DNA of 54,487 nt from a virus (taxonomy: Duplodnaviria > Caudoviricetes): positions 1 through 54,487 of the IMG/VR virus record IMGVR_UViG_3300028588_000029; one strand, written 5' to 3'. Made by a program: the position numbers and the translations under genes. Shown piece after piece: positions 18,801 through 28,357 of this stretch (position 1 is its first letter; each line of letters opens with the position of its first letter). Below the pieces are notes generated by a model. That model searched no databases. It was given only the letters and a program-made list of their open reading frames with translations, and was not told the origin of the DNA.

Positions 18801-21070
18801 CCGTCGCGGCCGAGGGCTTCGCCGTCTGGGCGGCCAGCGAGGAGGGCCAGGAGGCCATCAAGGCCTTCGGCGACTACCTCACGCAGATCGGCCCCGAGGT
18901 CTGGGCCCTGTTCGCCTCCGCCATCGCCGCACTCGCCAACGCCTTCATCGCAATGGCCCCGTACGGTGAGTCGGTCATGCTGCTGCTGACCGGGTTCTTC
19001 AACTTCATCGCCGACATGGACCCGGCCACGCTGGCGCTCATCATCCAGGGCATCTTCGCTCTGATCGCGGCGTTCCAGATCGTGTTCACCATCGGCGCGC
19101 TGGTCGGCACGATCATGCTGGGCATCGGCGTCACGGCCGCGCTCGTCATCGGCGTCATCGCCCTGGCGGTCGCTGCGGTGATCGTGTTCTGGGACGAGAT
19201 CTACGCCTTCCTGCTGAACCTCAGCACGCAGATCTCCGCCTGGTACGACAAGAACCTCGCGCCCACCTTCGACCTCATCGCCAAGGGCGCGATGTGGCTG
19301 TGGGAGAACGTCTTTGTGCCGGCGTTCGAGGGCATCGGCAAGGTGATGAACTGGCTCTGGAACGAGGTCATCTGGCCGCTGGCGCAGAACATCGGGACCT
19401 TCTGGTCCGGCGTGCTCTCCGGCCTGCAGTTCTTCTACAACGCCTTCGTGATCGCCTGGCACATCGCCGGCCTGGTGTGGCAGACCCTCTGGGACAACTA
19501 CATCGAGCCCCTCTGGACCACGTACCTCGAGCCGTGGCTGAACACCATCGCGGGCTTCATCGACGAGCACGTCAAGCCGAAGTGGGAGTCGGGCGTCAAG
19601 GCGCTCGGCGAGGCGTGGGACGCCCTCAAGGCCCTCGTGGCGACCCCGATCAAGTGGGTCATCGAGAAGGTCATCAACGAGGGGATCATCGACAACTTCA
19701 ACGACTTCGCCGGTAACTTCCCCGGCACCGTCAAGGTCAACCACGTCCCCGTGCCCGGCTGGATGGAGGGCTACGCCACCGGCGGCATCCTCCCCGGCTA
19801 CACCCCGGGGCGCGACGTGCACCGCTTCCGCAGCGCCACCGGCGGCACGCTGGACCTCTCCGGCGGCGAGGCCATCCTGCGCCCCGAGGTCACGCAGGCC
19901 GTCGGCCCGAGCTGGGTGCACCGCGTCAACGCCCTGGCCCGCTCCGGCGGCGTCAGCGCCGTCCAGCAGCACCTCGGCGGCTTCGCGACCGGCGGCATCA
20001 TCCCCTCGAGCGGCCCCCGCCACCAGGCCTTCGCCGGTGGCGGCATCTGGGGCAGCATCACGGACGCCGTCGGCGGCGCTGCCGGGATGCTGGGCGACGT
20101 CGTCGACTCGGTGATGAAGTTCGTGAAGGACCCGGCGGCGGCGCTCCAGACGGCGATCGACGGCCTGCTGGGCAACTTCGTCGGCGGGGACACCCCGTTC
20201 GGCTCGCTGGTGCTCGGCGTCCCGAAGAAGGTCATCGAGACGGCCACGAACTACGTCAAGAGCATCTTCACCGGGGAGTCGATCGCCGCCGCCGAGGCCG
20301 CGAAGGTCCAGGGCGGCGCGCTGGCCGGCCTCGAGGCTGGCGGCGCTGCCGCCCCGGCCGTCCTGCCTGGCGACGGTGGTCGCTCGTGGGCCAACCCGAC
20401 GGTCGGCCCGATCACCTCGCGCTTCGGGATGCGGACCATCTTCGGCAAGACGAGCCTCCACGCGGGCACCGACATCGCTGGCGGCGGTCGCACCTTCGCG
20501 GCCTCCTCCGGCACCGTGCGCGACGTCGGCTGGAACCTCATCGGCGGTCGGTCGGGCTACGGCATCCTGCTGCAGCACACCCCGCTGCTCACGACCTACT
20601 ACGGCCACAACCCGACGAACGGCGTCGTGGTCAACCCCGGCCAGGCCGTCGTCGCTGGGCAGCACATCGGCCGCCAGGGCGCGACGGGCAACGTGGACGG
20701 CATCCACCTCCACTACGAGGTCGCCACCGGTGGCCGGCCGGGCTCGTCGACGAACCCCGAGCCGTTCATGCGGGCGCGCGGCATCCAGCTCGGTCGCAAC
20801 GCCCCGCTGTACGACGAGGGCGGCTACCTGCAGCCCGGCCTCAACGCCGTGATGAACCTGACCGGCAAGCCGGAGCCCGTGCTCACGGCGCAGGAGCTCG
20901 AGATGTTCAAGCAGGCGGCCGACCTGCGCGGCGGCGGCGGCGACGGCACCTCGTTCGATGGTGCTAACTTCTACTCGTACGACCCGACCGACATCCTGGA
21001 CCGCGCCCGCGAGGAGCGCCGTCGGGATCTCGCGATGGCGGGTCTGGCCGAGATCGAGGTGAGCATCTAG
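15842..21070 (+). CDS. Tape measure protein with C-terminal M23 peptidase domain
   Basis: 1742 aa Ala-rich helical protein with hydrophobic and Trp-periodic segments; HAGTD (HxxxD) and HLH (HxH) M23 motifs. Confidence 0.93.
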   Translation: MVRYSAGTVILQVAPSFRGFQEAVEKRAKAEGLLMERYLSDASEAAAKKENDRRAATAAQMERDLAAANREAEKSQRAHLQKLAENEQRHAHRVAEIHESARAKVNTEVQRAAIRAEDKAEGQRLDRAVARERDLAKRIQRVRDQARGNVVREGTDTDGFAAALAERQQSAQRLRVIRKEAEVEKGIRSDLGDFTRKQAARTLAEQIDGDRDLWESRKRNQAATVASWAADVDDLAEFQKRADDGLFEHQVRNLRARQAFELANSRSAQAHQAAFQAQERAERAVRDRDNQALAAAIAKQDSDASKLRSQIGKDVAQTRAQIQALNAEGQEAWARNYRKGMESGAIPQLRRVSDGNPDDPGVREFNDNVDRMNALRRSVGLEVHIEDEAQAIAEYDALIAQLEGMKSELEIRPELAGDEAFMAEMRSLMARADSIPNPHKTMELDTASFNAEAARVDATSRRLSRRDITKDANLQTAGYIAGAAQVIAADGAMRNSSRQTQAAQKEAGNGAGTAANSFRAMNGALFAAVTIGPALIPILGGITAGLLGVAAGAVTVAGALGVGMLGLSGMGGALTALGNRDKDLRKQAATPQKSGTTAANDEAARAKRIRDALAGLTDARRNASRSEARAVRDVGDAEEKLADTRRSAADRVASAEDRLATAQQRAIDNQKRLNDARKEASRNLEDLAFQIRGANLAEQQSVYEMQRAGIRYNAVLEDDQATSREKDEARITYEQAVLANDQAKVGNQRLREGDATARAAGVEGAPAVVEAKEAISTGAADIVEAEKDLAEARVKGDRDVESSRRDLADALDALDNTRYNNVRSLQKAEEALAEAYRRDAAAAAQSTAEFDSSLFDLNEAMNNLSPAGQRFATWLYGLKPLLDELRFTAQETFLPGLQEGMQGLIDRYGPEFTTFVGTMGTALGDSVVKFSEWLTSPAMASFFETMAANMPAWLDIFTRITTGGLGGLLSIFEALAPAATTIGEAIAVAAEGFAVWAASEEGQEAIKAFGDYLTQIGPEVWALFASAIAALANAFIAMAPYGESVMLLLTGFFNFIADMDPATLALIIQGIFALIAAFQIVFTIGALVGTIMLGIGVTAALVIGVIALAVAAVIVFWDEIYAFLLNLSTQISAWYDKNLAPTFDLIAKGAMWLWENVFVPAFEGIGKVMNWLWNEVIWPLAQNIGTFWSGVLSGLQFFYNAFVIAWHIAGLVWQTLWDNYIEPLWTTYLEPWLNTIAGFIDEHVKPKWESGVKALGEAWDALKALVATPIKWVIEKVINEGIIDNFNDFAGNFPGTVKVNHVPVPGWMEGYATGGILPGYTPGRDVHRFRSATGGTLDLSGGEAILRPEVTQAVGPSWVHRVNALARSGGVSAVQQHLGGFATGGIIPSSGPRHQAFAGGGIWGSITDAVGGAAGMLGDVVDSVMKFVKDPAAALQTAIDGLLGNFVGGDTPFGSLVLGVPKKVIETATNYVKSIFTGESIAAAEAAKVQGGALAGLEAGGAAAPAVLPGDGGRSWANPTVGPITSRFGMRTIFGKTSLHAGTDIAGGGRTFAASSGTVRDVGWNLIGGRSGYGILLQHTPLLTTYYGHNPTNGVVVNPGQAVVAGQHIGRQGATGNVDGIHLHYEVATGGRPGSSTNPEPFMRARGIQLGRNAPLYDEGGYLQPGLNAVMNLTGKPEPVLTAQELEMFKQAADLRGGGGDGTSFDGANFYSYDPTDILDRAREERRRDLAMAGLAEIEVSI

Positions 21071-22011
21071 TGACCACGCCCCTGCTGGCGCCGCAGACGT
21101 CGGCGAATCCGGTGCGGCCCCCGATCGACTTCGGCTGGGACCGGCTGGACATGTGGTTCGTCACCCAGGCCGGTGACCGCTTCGAGCTCTCGGAGTGGGC
21201 CACCGGCGCGTTCCTCATGCCCGGCGTGACCGGCATGTCGATGCCGAAGATCAACCACCAGACGCTGAGCTACGCGAACGCGCACGGCAACGTCTGGAAC
21301 GGCCTGCTCATCGAGCCGCGCGAGGTGTTCTGGCCGCTCTACCTGTACAACGACGAGACGAGCCAGGGCTACGTCGACCACATCCGCGCGTTCTGGGAGG
21401 CCCTGAGCCCCTTCGAGACCGTGCGCTGGCACGTCCGCGACGTCACGGGCACCGAGCGCTACCTCGACGTGCGGCTCAAGGACGACGGCGGGCCCGGCAA
21501 CGACCACGACGACGTCTACTACGGCTGGTCGAAGCACCGCGTCGTGCTCGAGGCCCACCAGCCGATGTGGCGCTCCGTCGTGCCCATCCAGCGCCCGTTC
21601 GAGGAGAGTGGCGGCGTCAAGTTCTTCGGCCCCGCCGGCAACAACGGCCCGCCTTTCCGTCCCTCGCGCAACTCGGCGGCGGGCACGGCGGCGCTGCCGA
21701 ACGACGGCGACCTGCCCGCCTACGTCACCTGGGAGCTGGTGGGCCCGCTCAACCCCGCGACGCTGAGCCACGGCGGTCACGTCATCGACGTCCCGTTCGT
21801 CATCAACCAGGGCCAGACGGTCGTCATCGACACCAACCCCGAGTCCCTCACGGCCTTCCGCAACGGCGTGGAGATCACCGAGCTGATGACGGGTCGCTTC
21901 GACGCCGCGCCGATCCCGCGCAAGGCCACCACCGCGCTGCAGGTCGAGTACGGCGGCGACGGCTCGATCACCGCCTCGATCACGCCGTCGTACATGCGAG
22001 CCTACGCATGA
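21070..22011 (+). CDS. Minor tail protein (distal tail-like)
   Basis: First gene after tape measure; NDGDLPAYVTW and VVIDTNP motifs. Confidence 0.8.
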   Translation: MTTPLLAPQTSANPVRPPIDFGWDRLDMWFVTQAGDRFELSEWATGAFLMPGVTGMSMPKINHQTLSYANAHGNVWNGLLIEPREVFWPLYLYNDETSQGYVDHIRAFWEALSPFETVRWHVRDVTGTERYLDVRLKDDGGPGNDHDDVYYGWSKHRVVLEAHQPMWRSVVPIQRPFEESGGVKFFGPAGNNGPPFRPSRNSAAGTAALPNDGDLPAYVTWELVGPLNPATLSHGGHVIDVPFVINQGQTVVIDTNPESLTAFRNGVEITELMTGRFDAAPIPRKATTALQVEYGGDGSITASITPSYMRAYA

Positions 22012-23168
22012 GCCTGCAGATCGAGGTGTTCGACCGCACCGGCAAGCTCAAGGGTCGCCTGGGCGCGTTCCGTAGCGCGGCGCTGCTGGACACGTTCAAC
22101 ACGACGGCGTCCTCCTCCTTCGCCATCGACTCTCGCCACCCGCGCGCGGCCGACCTGCTCGAGCCCGGCGCCATGGTCCGCTTCGAGACGGACGGGCTGA
22201 TCCAGACGGGCTGGGTGAACACCTACACGCTGGAGGGCCCGAGCCGCGCCGCGCTGCTGGACTTCACCGTCGACAGCCACTTCATGCTCTTCCAGGACGT
22301 GCTCGGCTGGGTGCAGCCCACGCGGCCCATCGACCAGCAGGGCATCGCTGGTGACAACGCCGTCTACGGCGGCACGACGGGGGGCGCCGAGGAGACGATC
22401 GTCAAGCAGATCATGCGCGAGAACGCCCTCCAGCGCCTGGGATGGCCGCTCGAGATCCCCCCGAGCCAGGGGCGAGGCCGGCAGGGCATGAAGGTCAAAA
22501 TGCGCTTCCACCCCGTCTACGAGAAGCTCTTTCCCGTGGTCGACGGCGCCGGCCTCATCGACGGCGAGCTGCGCTGGACGATCGTGTTCGACCCCAGCAC
22601 GAAGAAGCTGGTGCTCGACTGCGCGCCGGTGCGCACCTACCCGCGCCTCCTGACCGAGCAGAGCGGGCTCGCGCAGTGGAAGGTCACCAGCGCCCGCCCG
22701 ACGGCGACCAACGTCGTGATCGGCGGCGCGGGTGAGGCCCAGATGCGCGACTTCCGCATCATGCCCCGGCCCGGCGACGATGGCTACGGCCGCTCCGCCG
22801 AGTGGGGCGTCTATCGCGAGCGCTTCAAGGACGCGCGCGACGCCGACGGCGATCCCGAGCTGATGTACCGGCGAGGGCAGGAGAGCCTCGACGAGGGCAA
22901 GGCCAAGGCCGGGATCAGCACGACCCTGGACGGCGTCGCCGCGCGCAACTACGGCACCAGCCTCAAGGTCGGCGATCGCGTGAACGTGAAGCTGGACAAC
23001 GGCATGACGTTCGGCCCCGAGATTCTGCGCGAGGCGCGGATCAACTACACTCGCGAGCGAGGCCGTGAGGTCACCCCGAAGATCGGGGACTACGACAGCA
23101 ACCCGGACTCCCGCATCACCAAGCTGGTCGCCGCAGTGGCCCGCTCGATCAGGAAGGTCGTGCCGTAA
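22008..23168 (+). CDS. Minor tail protein (baseplate hub/Tal-like)
   Basis: ATGA overlap; VVIGGAGE, RERFKDARD and LKVGDRV motifs. Confidence 0.8.
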   Translation: MSLQIEVFDRTGKLKGRLGAFRSAALLDTFNTTASSSFAIDSRHPRAADLLEPGAMVRFETDGLIQTGWVNTYTLEGPSRAALLDFTVDSHFMLFQDVLGWVQPTRPIDQQGIAGDNAVYGGTTGGAEETIVKQIMRENALQRLGWPLEIPPSQGRGRQGMKVKMRFHPVYEKLFPVVDGAGLIDGELRWTIVFDPSTKKLVLDCAPVRTYPRLLTEQSGLAQWKVTSARPTATNVVIGGAGEAQMRDFRIMPRPGDDGYGRSAEWGVYRERFKDARDADGDPELMYRRGQESLDEGKAKAGISTTLDGVAARNYGTSLKVGDRVNVKLDNGMTFGPEILREARINYTRERGREVTPKIGDYDSNPDSRITKLVAAVARSIRKVVP

Positions 23169-24217
23169 TGGCCATCAGGAACTGGGGCTTCGGGGTCGAC
23201 GCGCTCGACACCTACGGCGAGATCGGCACGGTCCAGTGGGCGCAGATGGCGTCCTACCTCGGCGCGCAGTACAGCGTGCTCCCCGTCGGGGCCCCGAACG
23301 CGCTGGAGGGCCTCGGCGGCTACCTGCCGAACTCCGGCGAGCGACGCATCGACATCCGCACCGGCGCGGCCGTCGCGTACGGCGTCTACACCGTCTCCGA
23401 CACCGTGGTCCCCATCGAGATCCCCGGCGTGACGTCGGGCTCGCGCTGGTACGTCGTCGGCTTCCGTCGCGACTGGACGAAGAAGGCCCCGACGCCGCCC
23501 ACCACGCTCGGCGTGCTCGGCCAGGGGGCGACGATCGCGGCGGCGCTGAACACCCTGACGCACAACCCCGGCGTGCTGGATGACCAGCCGCTGTGGGCCG
23601 TCCAGGCGACCGCCGGCAACGGCGGCGTGACCGGCCTGGTCGACCTGCGCGTGTGGGGCTCTGGCTCCCAGCTCATCGCGCACAGCACCGAGGTGCTGAA
23701 CTACCTCTCGCGGCGGGGCACCGAGATCCGCATCGGCAACCTGAGCTACACCCGCACCGTCGACCAGAACTACAACGAGTTCTGGTCGGACTCGCGCGGC
23801 GGCGGCATCATCAACTCCTACCCCGGCACGTTCCTCACGCTCCCGCCGTCGGGCGCCCTCGGCTCCGGCGTGCAGGTCTGGGGCAACGCGCGCCAGGTGG
23901 TCGGCTACATCGACGTCGCAGACCCCGGGGTGCCGTGGCGCTTCGCGATGCACGCGCAGGGCTTCATGGGCGCGGAGACGCCTGGCACGAGCTGGCGCTT
24001 CACGTTCGAGGTCGACGACGTCGAGATCTCGGCGCACGTCGGGGAGGTCGACCTCTACTCCTCCCGCAAGAGCTTCATGTGCCTGCCGACCAACCAGATC
24101 TTCACCGGCGCGAAGCGCATCCACCTCATCGCTTCTCGTCGCGCGGGGACCGGCTACGGCGCGATCATCCCCAACGATCGCGGCCTGCGCGCCGTCATCT
24201 ACGGGGCGGCCCTCTGA
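23168..24217 (+). CDS. Minor tail protein
   Basis: Synteny; beta/Gly-rich. Confidence 0.7.
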   Translation: MAIRNWGFGVDALDTYGEIGTVQWAQMASYLGAQYSVLPVGAPNALEGLGGYLPNSGERRIDIRTGAAVAYGVYTVSDTVVPIEIPGVTSGSRWYVVGFRRDWTKKAPTPPTTLGVLGQGATIAAALNTLTHNPGVLDDQPLWAVQATAGNGGVTGLVDLRVWGSGSQLIAHSTEVLNYLSRRGTEIRIGNLSYTRTVDQNYNEFWSDSRGGGIINSYPGTFLTLPPSGALGSGVQVWGNARQVVGYIDVADPGVPWRFAMHAQGFMGAETPGTSWRFTFEVDDVEISAHVGEVDLYSSRKSFMCLPTNQIFTGAKRIHLIASRRAGTGYGAIIPNDRGLRAVIYGAAL

Positions 24218-24219
24218 CG

Positions 24220-25152
24220 ATGTACCTCTTCCCCCAGACGGTCGTCATCGACCCCATCACCGGCACCCTGGTGAAGGGGGCCGAGGGGCGCGTCTACGCG
24301 GAGGACGACACGGCGTTCACGACGCCGCTGGAGGTCGAGCGACTGGATGGCCTGCGGGTCACCACGGTGCGCGTCGGGCTCGTCGGGCTGACCGAGGCGT
24401 TCCGCGCGCCGGCCCCGCTGCTCATCTGGAAGGCCGGCGACATCGCCGTGCCCGTGACGTCGTACCAGGCCCTGTTCCAGCTCTCTGAGGAGACCCGTGA
24501 GATCGCGCGAGATGCAGTCAGTCTGGCCCAGGCGGCGCAGATCCTGGCGGGCTCCAACAACCGCGTCTGGCCCCCGTCCTACACCCCTCCCGACGGCGCC
24601 AAGGTGGGCGACCTCTGGATCGACGAGAGCGCGAACCGGGCCCTCAAGCGATGGAACGGCTCCATCTGGGAACTCGTCCAGGACTTCGACGGCGTAGCCC
24701 AGGCGCAGCTCGACGAGATCCGCGAGGAGCTGGCCGACGCGGCCGGCGCCGTGAAGGACTTCACCGACGTCAAGCTGCCCGTGCTGAATGACCGCCTCGA
24801 CCAGGCCAAGCTCGAGGTCGAGGCGGCGATGGCCGACGCGAAGAAGGCCCTCGACAGCGCGGTGCTGCGCATCGACTCGAGCCGAGGCACGGCCTTCAAG
24901 AACAACGAGATCTCCACCGTGCTCACCGTCACCGTCATCCGGGGCGGCACCCCGATCACCGACATCGTCTCGCTCCGAGAGGCCTACGGCGCGGGTGCCT
25001 ATCTCGAGTGGTCGTGGCGTCGCCTCAACGACGCGGACTTCGGTACTCTGTCCGCACTGGACCCTCGGATCTCTCGCGCTGGGTTCGCACTCACGGTCAG
25101 CCCGACCGACGTGGACACCAAGGTCGTGTTCATGTGCTCGCTCAACACCTAG
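24220..25152 (+). CDS. Minor tail protein
   Basis: GDLWID...RWNGSIW motif; C-terminal RIDSSRGTAFKN module. Confidence 0.65.
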   Translation: MYLFPQTVVIDPITGTLVKGAEGRVYAEDDTAFTTPLEVERLDGLRVTTVRVGLVGLTEAFRAPAPLLIWKAGDIAVPVTSYQALFQLSEETREIARDAVSLAQAAQILAGSNNRVWPPSYTPPDGAKVGDLWIDESANRALKRWNGSIWELVQDFDGVAQAQLDEIREELADAAGAVKDFTDVKLPVLNDRLDQAKLEVEAAMADAKKALDSAVLRIDSSRGTAFKNNEISTVLTVTVIRGGTPITDIVSLREAYGAGAYLEWSWRRLNDADFGTLSALDPRISRAGFALTVSPTDVDTKVVFMCSLNT

Positions 25153-25164
25153 AAGGCACCCACC

Positions 25165-26409
25165 ATGGCCAAGGCCGCAGACCAGATCACACTCGTTGAC
25201 CTCACCGACGCCTACTCGGTCATCCTGACCTCCGAGGCGAGTACCATCCCCGGCACGACCACGAACGCCATCCAGACGGCGGTCACCACGCAGGTCGTGG
25301 CGATGCGCGGCGACGAGCAGGTCACCGCGACCGTCAACGCCGCGAGCATCGCGACCCCGGCGGGCGTGACGGCGTCCGTGGTGGCCAACTCCGGCTCCCC
25401 CGTCGTGACGATCACGGTCGGCACCTCGGTGACGTCGAGCGGGGTCGTGCGCATCCCGATCGTCATCGGCGACATCACGATCTACAAGGACTTCTCCTTC
25501 TCCCTCGCGCTGCGCGGCCAGACCGGCAACGAGGGCGCGCCGGGTCGCGGCATCGCGTCGGCCACGGTGACCTACCAGCAGAGCACGAGCGGCACGACGG
25601 CGCCGACGGGCACCTGGTCGGCCACCATCCCCACCGTCACCCCGGGCAACTTCCTGTGGACGCGGACGGTCTACACCTACACCGACGCCAGCGCGGCCAC
25701 GACGGCCTACGCGGTGGCCCGGGCGGGCGCGAACGGCGCGAACGGCACGAGCATCAAGGGTGACAAGGGCGACACGTCCTACCTCCACGTCGCCTACGCC
25801 ACGAACGCGACCGGCTCGACGGGCTTCTCCACCACGGACCCGTCCGGCAAGACGTACATCGGCACGTACGTCGACCTCGTCGAGGCGGACTCGACCGACC
25901 CCACGAAGTACGAGTGGGTGCTCATCAAGGGCGAGGTCGGCAACACCGGCAAGGGCATCCAGAGCACCGCCGTCACGTACCAGGGGGGCGCGTCTGGCAC
26001 GTCGACCCCGACCGGCTCCTGGGTGGCGTCGCCGCCCGCCGTGGCCGACGGTCAGTTCCTGTGGACCCGGACGATCATCACGTTCACCGACGGCGCCACG
26101 CAGACCTCCTACGCCGTCGCGAAGCAGGGCGACAAGGGCTCCACCGGCGACCCGGGCGCCGACGCCATCACGCTGTCGGTCACCTCGTCCGCCGGGCTGA
26201 TCTTCAAGAACAGCGACATCGTCACCACGCTCACCGCCACGGTCTACCGCGCCGGCACCGAGCTCACGGCGGCGCAGGTCGCCCAGCTCGGCACCGTGCG
26301 CTGGTACAAGGACGGTGGCACCACCGCCGTCGGGACCGGCCTGACGCTGGCGATCACCGCCGGCCAGGTCACGAACCGCGCGACGTACTCCGCGCAGCTG
26401 GAGGCCTGA
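25165..26409 (+). CDS. Tail fibre/adhesin-like protein with short collagen-like linkers
   Basis: Thr-rich; duplicated TYQ..SGT..PTG.W...FLWTRT module; GDKGD triplets. Confidence 0.75.
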   Translation: MAKAADQITLVDLTDAYSVILTSEASTIPGTTTNAIQTAVTTQVVAMRGDEQVTATVNAASIATPAGVTASVVANSGSPVVTITVGTSVTSSGVVRIPIVIGDITIYKDFSFSLALRGQTGNEGAPGRGIASATVTYQQSTSGTTAPTGTWSATIPTVTPGNFLWTRTVYTYTDASAATTAYAVARAGANGANGTSIKGDKGDTSYLHVAYATNATGSTGFSTTDPSGKTYIGTYVDLVEADSTDPTKYEWVLIKGEVGNTGKGIQSTAVTYQGGASGTSTPTGSWVASPPAVADGQFLWTRTIITFTDGATQTSYAVAKQGDKGSTGDPGADAITLSVTSSAGLIFKNSDIVTTLTATVYRAGTELTAAQVAQLGTVRWYKDGGTTAVGTGLTLAITAGQVTNRATYSAQLEA

Positions 26410-26412
26410 CCG

Positions 26413-28299
26413 ATGGCGGTTCGCGCGCGTGACGACCTGACGCTGGCCCAGGTGACTGAGGTCCAGAACGTCCGGCGGTACTACAAGCTCGTCCCCGGCA
26501 CGGCCTCGGCCCCGGCGGCGCCCACCACGGTGCCCCCGGCGTCCGGGTCGGGCTGGGAGACGACCGAGCCTGGCTACACCCCGGGCAGCTCCGACGTCCT
26601 GTACGTGGTGGACGTGACGATCCTGACCGACGGCGCGTTCGACTACACCCCGGTGAGCAAGTCCTCGGCGTACGAGGCAGCCCGGCAGGCGTACAACAAG
26701 GCCGTGGCGGCCCTGGAGGCGGCCGAGACGGGCACGGTGGCGATCAGCCGCCTGGTGGCCGGCCAGGCGGTGATGGGCGACCTCGTGACGCAGACGCTGG
26801 CCGCGCGCATCGGTGCGTTCATCGAGCTCTCGGCGGAGCAGATCGTGGCCGGCACCATCGCGGCGAACCGGATCAACGTCGAGGACCTTGCGGCGACGCT
26901 GGCCACGATCCTGACGCTGAACGTCGACCGCCTCACGGCCACGTCGGCCTCGATGGCGACCGCCGTCGTCGACAAGCTGTGGGCCGACGTGGTGCGCTCT
27001 CGCAAGATCACCGCCGACATGGTGCTGATCCCGGCCGGGAAGAACCTCGCCGTCGACCCGAACTTCGCCAACCCGGCGGCGTGGGCCACCCCGGCGCACA
27101 TTCAGACCACCGGCGGCAAGCTCGCCCCGGGGTCGCTGCTCATCCCCGCCTCGGCTACCACGGTGACGTCCTACGCCGGTACGCAGCCGGAGTACCTGAT
27201 CCCCGTGCACCCGGGCGAGAAGTACCGCGTGACGGCGACGTTCAAGCCCGGCGCGACCGTCTCGGCCGCCAACCGGTTCTCGATCGGCGTCCGCTACCGC
27301 ACGAGCGCGGGCGGCACGACGGCGCTGACGACGGTGGTCCAGAACACGGCCTCCGTGGCCGCGAACGCCGAGGCGGAGCTGACGGGCGTCATCACCGTGC
27401 CGGCCAACGCCACGCACATGGCGATCGGCTTCACGAAGGCCAGCGTCCTCAACTCCACGCTGCGGGTCACCGACTACCTGATCTCCTCGATGGTGGACGC
27501 CTCGCTCGTCGTGGAGGGCAGCCTCAAGGCCGCCAACATCGACGTCAACGACCTCGTGGCCAGCGCGGCGTTCATCCAGGCGCTCACCGCCGGGACCGTG
27601 GTCGCTGACGCGCTCTCCGGTGCGACCGTCACCGGTGCGATCATCCGGTCCGCCGCGACGGGCGTGCGCGTCGCGCTCGACCGGGGTAACAGCGGGCTCG
27701 CCGATTGGGGGCTGCGCTTCTACAACCAGTTCAACCAGTCCTCCGGCGAGATCGTCGGTCGTGGCGACTCGGTCCTCATGCGCGCCGGCGCCGAGGGTAC
27801 GGCCGCCATCTCCGGGTCGCGCGTCGAGATTGTCAACTCCGACAGCGGCGCCACGGTCGGCGACATGCGCTACGAGCGGGTCCACGACAGCGGCGTCTCG
27901 TGGTGGGCGAAGTCCCGCTACAACGGGTCGACCTACCAGCGTCTCGACACCCTGTGGCAGGACCTCACCCTCATCTCCGGCTGGACGCCCACGCCGGGTT
28001 GGCCGACCCCGCAGTGGCGCCTCCGCGAGGGCAAGGTCGAGCTGCGCGGTCGCATCTCCGGCACGGCAGCGGCGGGCACCACGATGTTCCGCCTGCCGCT
28101 GGAGGCTCGCCCGCTGGCCTTCGGCGACGTCATCGTCCTGCCGGGCGACGCCAGCGGCTACGCCCGCGTGGCCGTCTACACCCGGCTCGCCGACAACGCC
28201 AACCAGGCGATCGACGGCAACGTGTTCCTGGCGGGCAAGGCGGGCGCCATCACCGGCCTGTCGCTGGACGGCCTGCCGCTGTGGAGCGTCGTCCCGTAG
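26413..28299 (+). CDS. Tail fibre/receptor-binding protein with CBM-like insert
   Basis: KITADM-type repeats flanking a beta-rich NLAVDPNF domain; C-terminal FRLPLEARP motif; last tail gene. Confidence 0.75.
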   Translation: MAVRARDDLTLAQVTEVQNVRRYYKLVPGTASAPAAPTTVPPASGSGWETTEPGYTPGSSDVLYVVDVTILTDGAFDYTPVSKSSAYEAARQAYNKAVAALEAAETGTVAISRLVAGQAVMGDLVTQTLAARIGAFIELSAEQIVAGTIAANRINVEDLAATLATILTLNVDRLTATSASMATAVVDKLWADVVRSRKITADMVLIPAGKNLAVDPNFANPAAWATPAHIQTTGGKLAPGSLLIPASATTVTSYAGTQPEYLIPVHPGEKYRVTATFKPGATVSAANRFSIGVRYRTSAGGTTALTTVVQNTASVAANAEAELTGVITVPANATHMAIGFTKASVLNSTLRVTDYLISSMVDASLVVEGSLKAANIDVNDLVASAAFIQALTAGTVVADALSGATVTGAIIRSAATGVRVALDRGNSGLADWGLRFYNQFNQSSGEIVGRGDSVLMRAGAEGTAAISGSRVEIVNSDSGATVGDMRYERVHDSGVSWWAKSRYNGSTYQRLDTLWQDLTLISGWTPTPGWPTPQWRLREGKVELRGRISGTAAAGTTMFRLPLEARPLAFGDVIVLPGDASGYARVAVYTRLADNANQAIDGNVFLAGKAGAITGLSLDGLPLWSVVP

Positions 28300-28313
28300 C
28301 GCTCGGCCCTGGG

Positions 28314-28351
28314 ACCTCCGGGGGGTAGACTGCGGTCGACCCCCCGGAGGT
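28314..28351 (+). promoter_or_regulatory. Hairpin sequestering the endolysin Shine-Dalgarno, with a -10-like TAGACT inside
   Basis: Perfect 13-bp stem 28314-28326/28339-28351 containing GGAGG at 28346-28350; ATG at 28358. Confidence 0.6.
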
Positions 28352-28357
28352 TCATTC

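Noticed and set aside
14048-20713. 2221-aa - strand ORF and other long antisense ORFs (2974-4956, 5730-8012, 24199-28392, 52533-54383)
   Set aside because: Shadow frames opposite clear genes; high GC3 removes stops on the reverse strand and the translations lack motifs
25165-28299. Diversity-generating retroelement or invertible tail-fibre switch
   Set aside because: No reverse transcriptase or invertase, and no template/variable repeat pair or flanking inverted repeats seen
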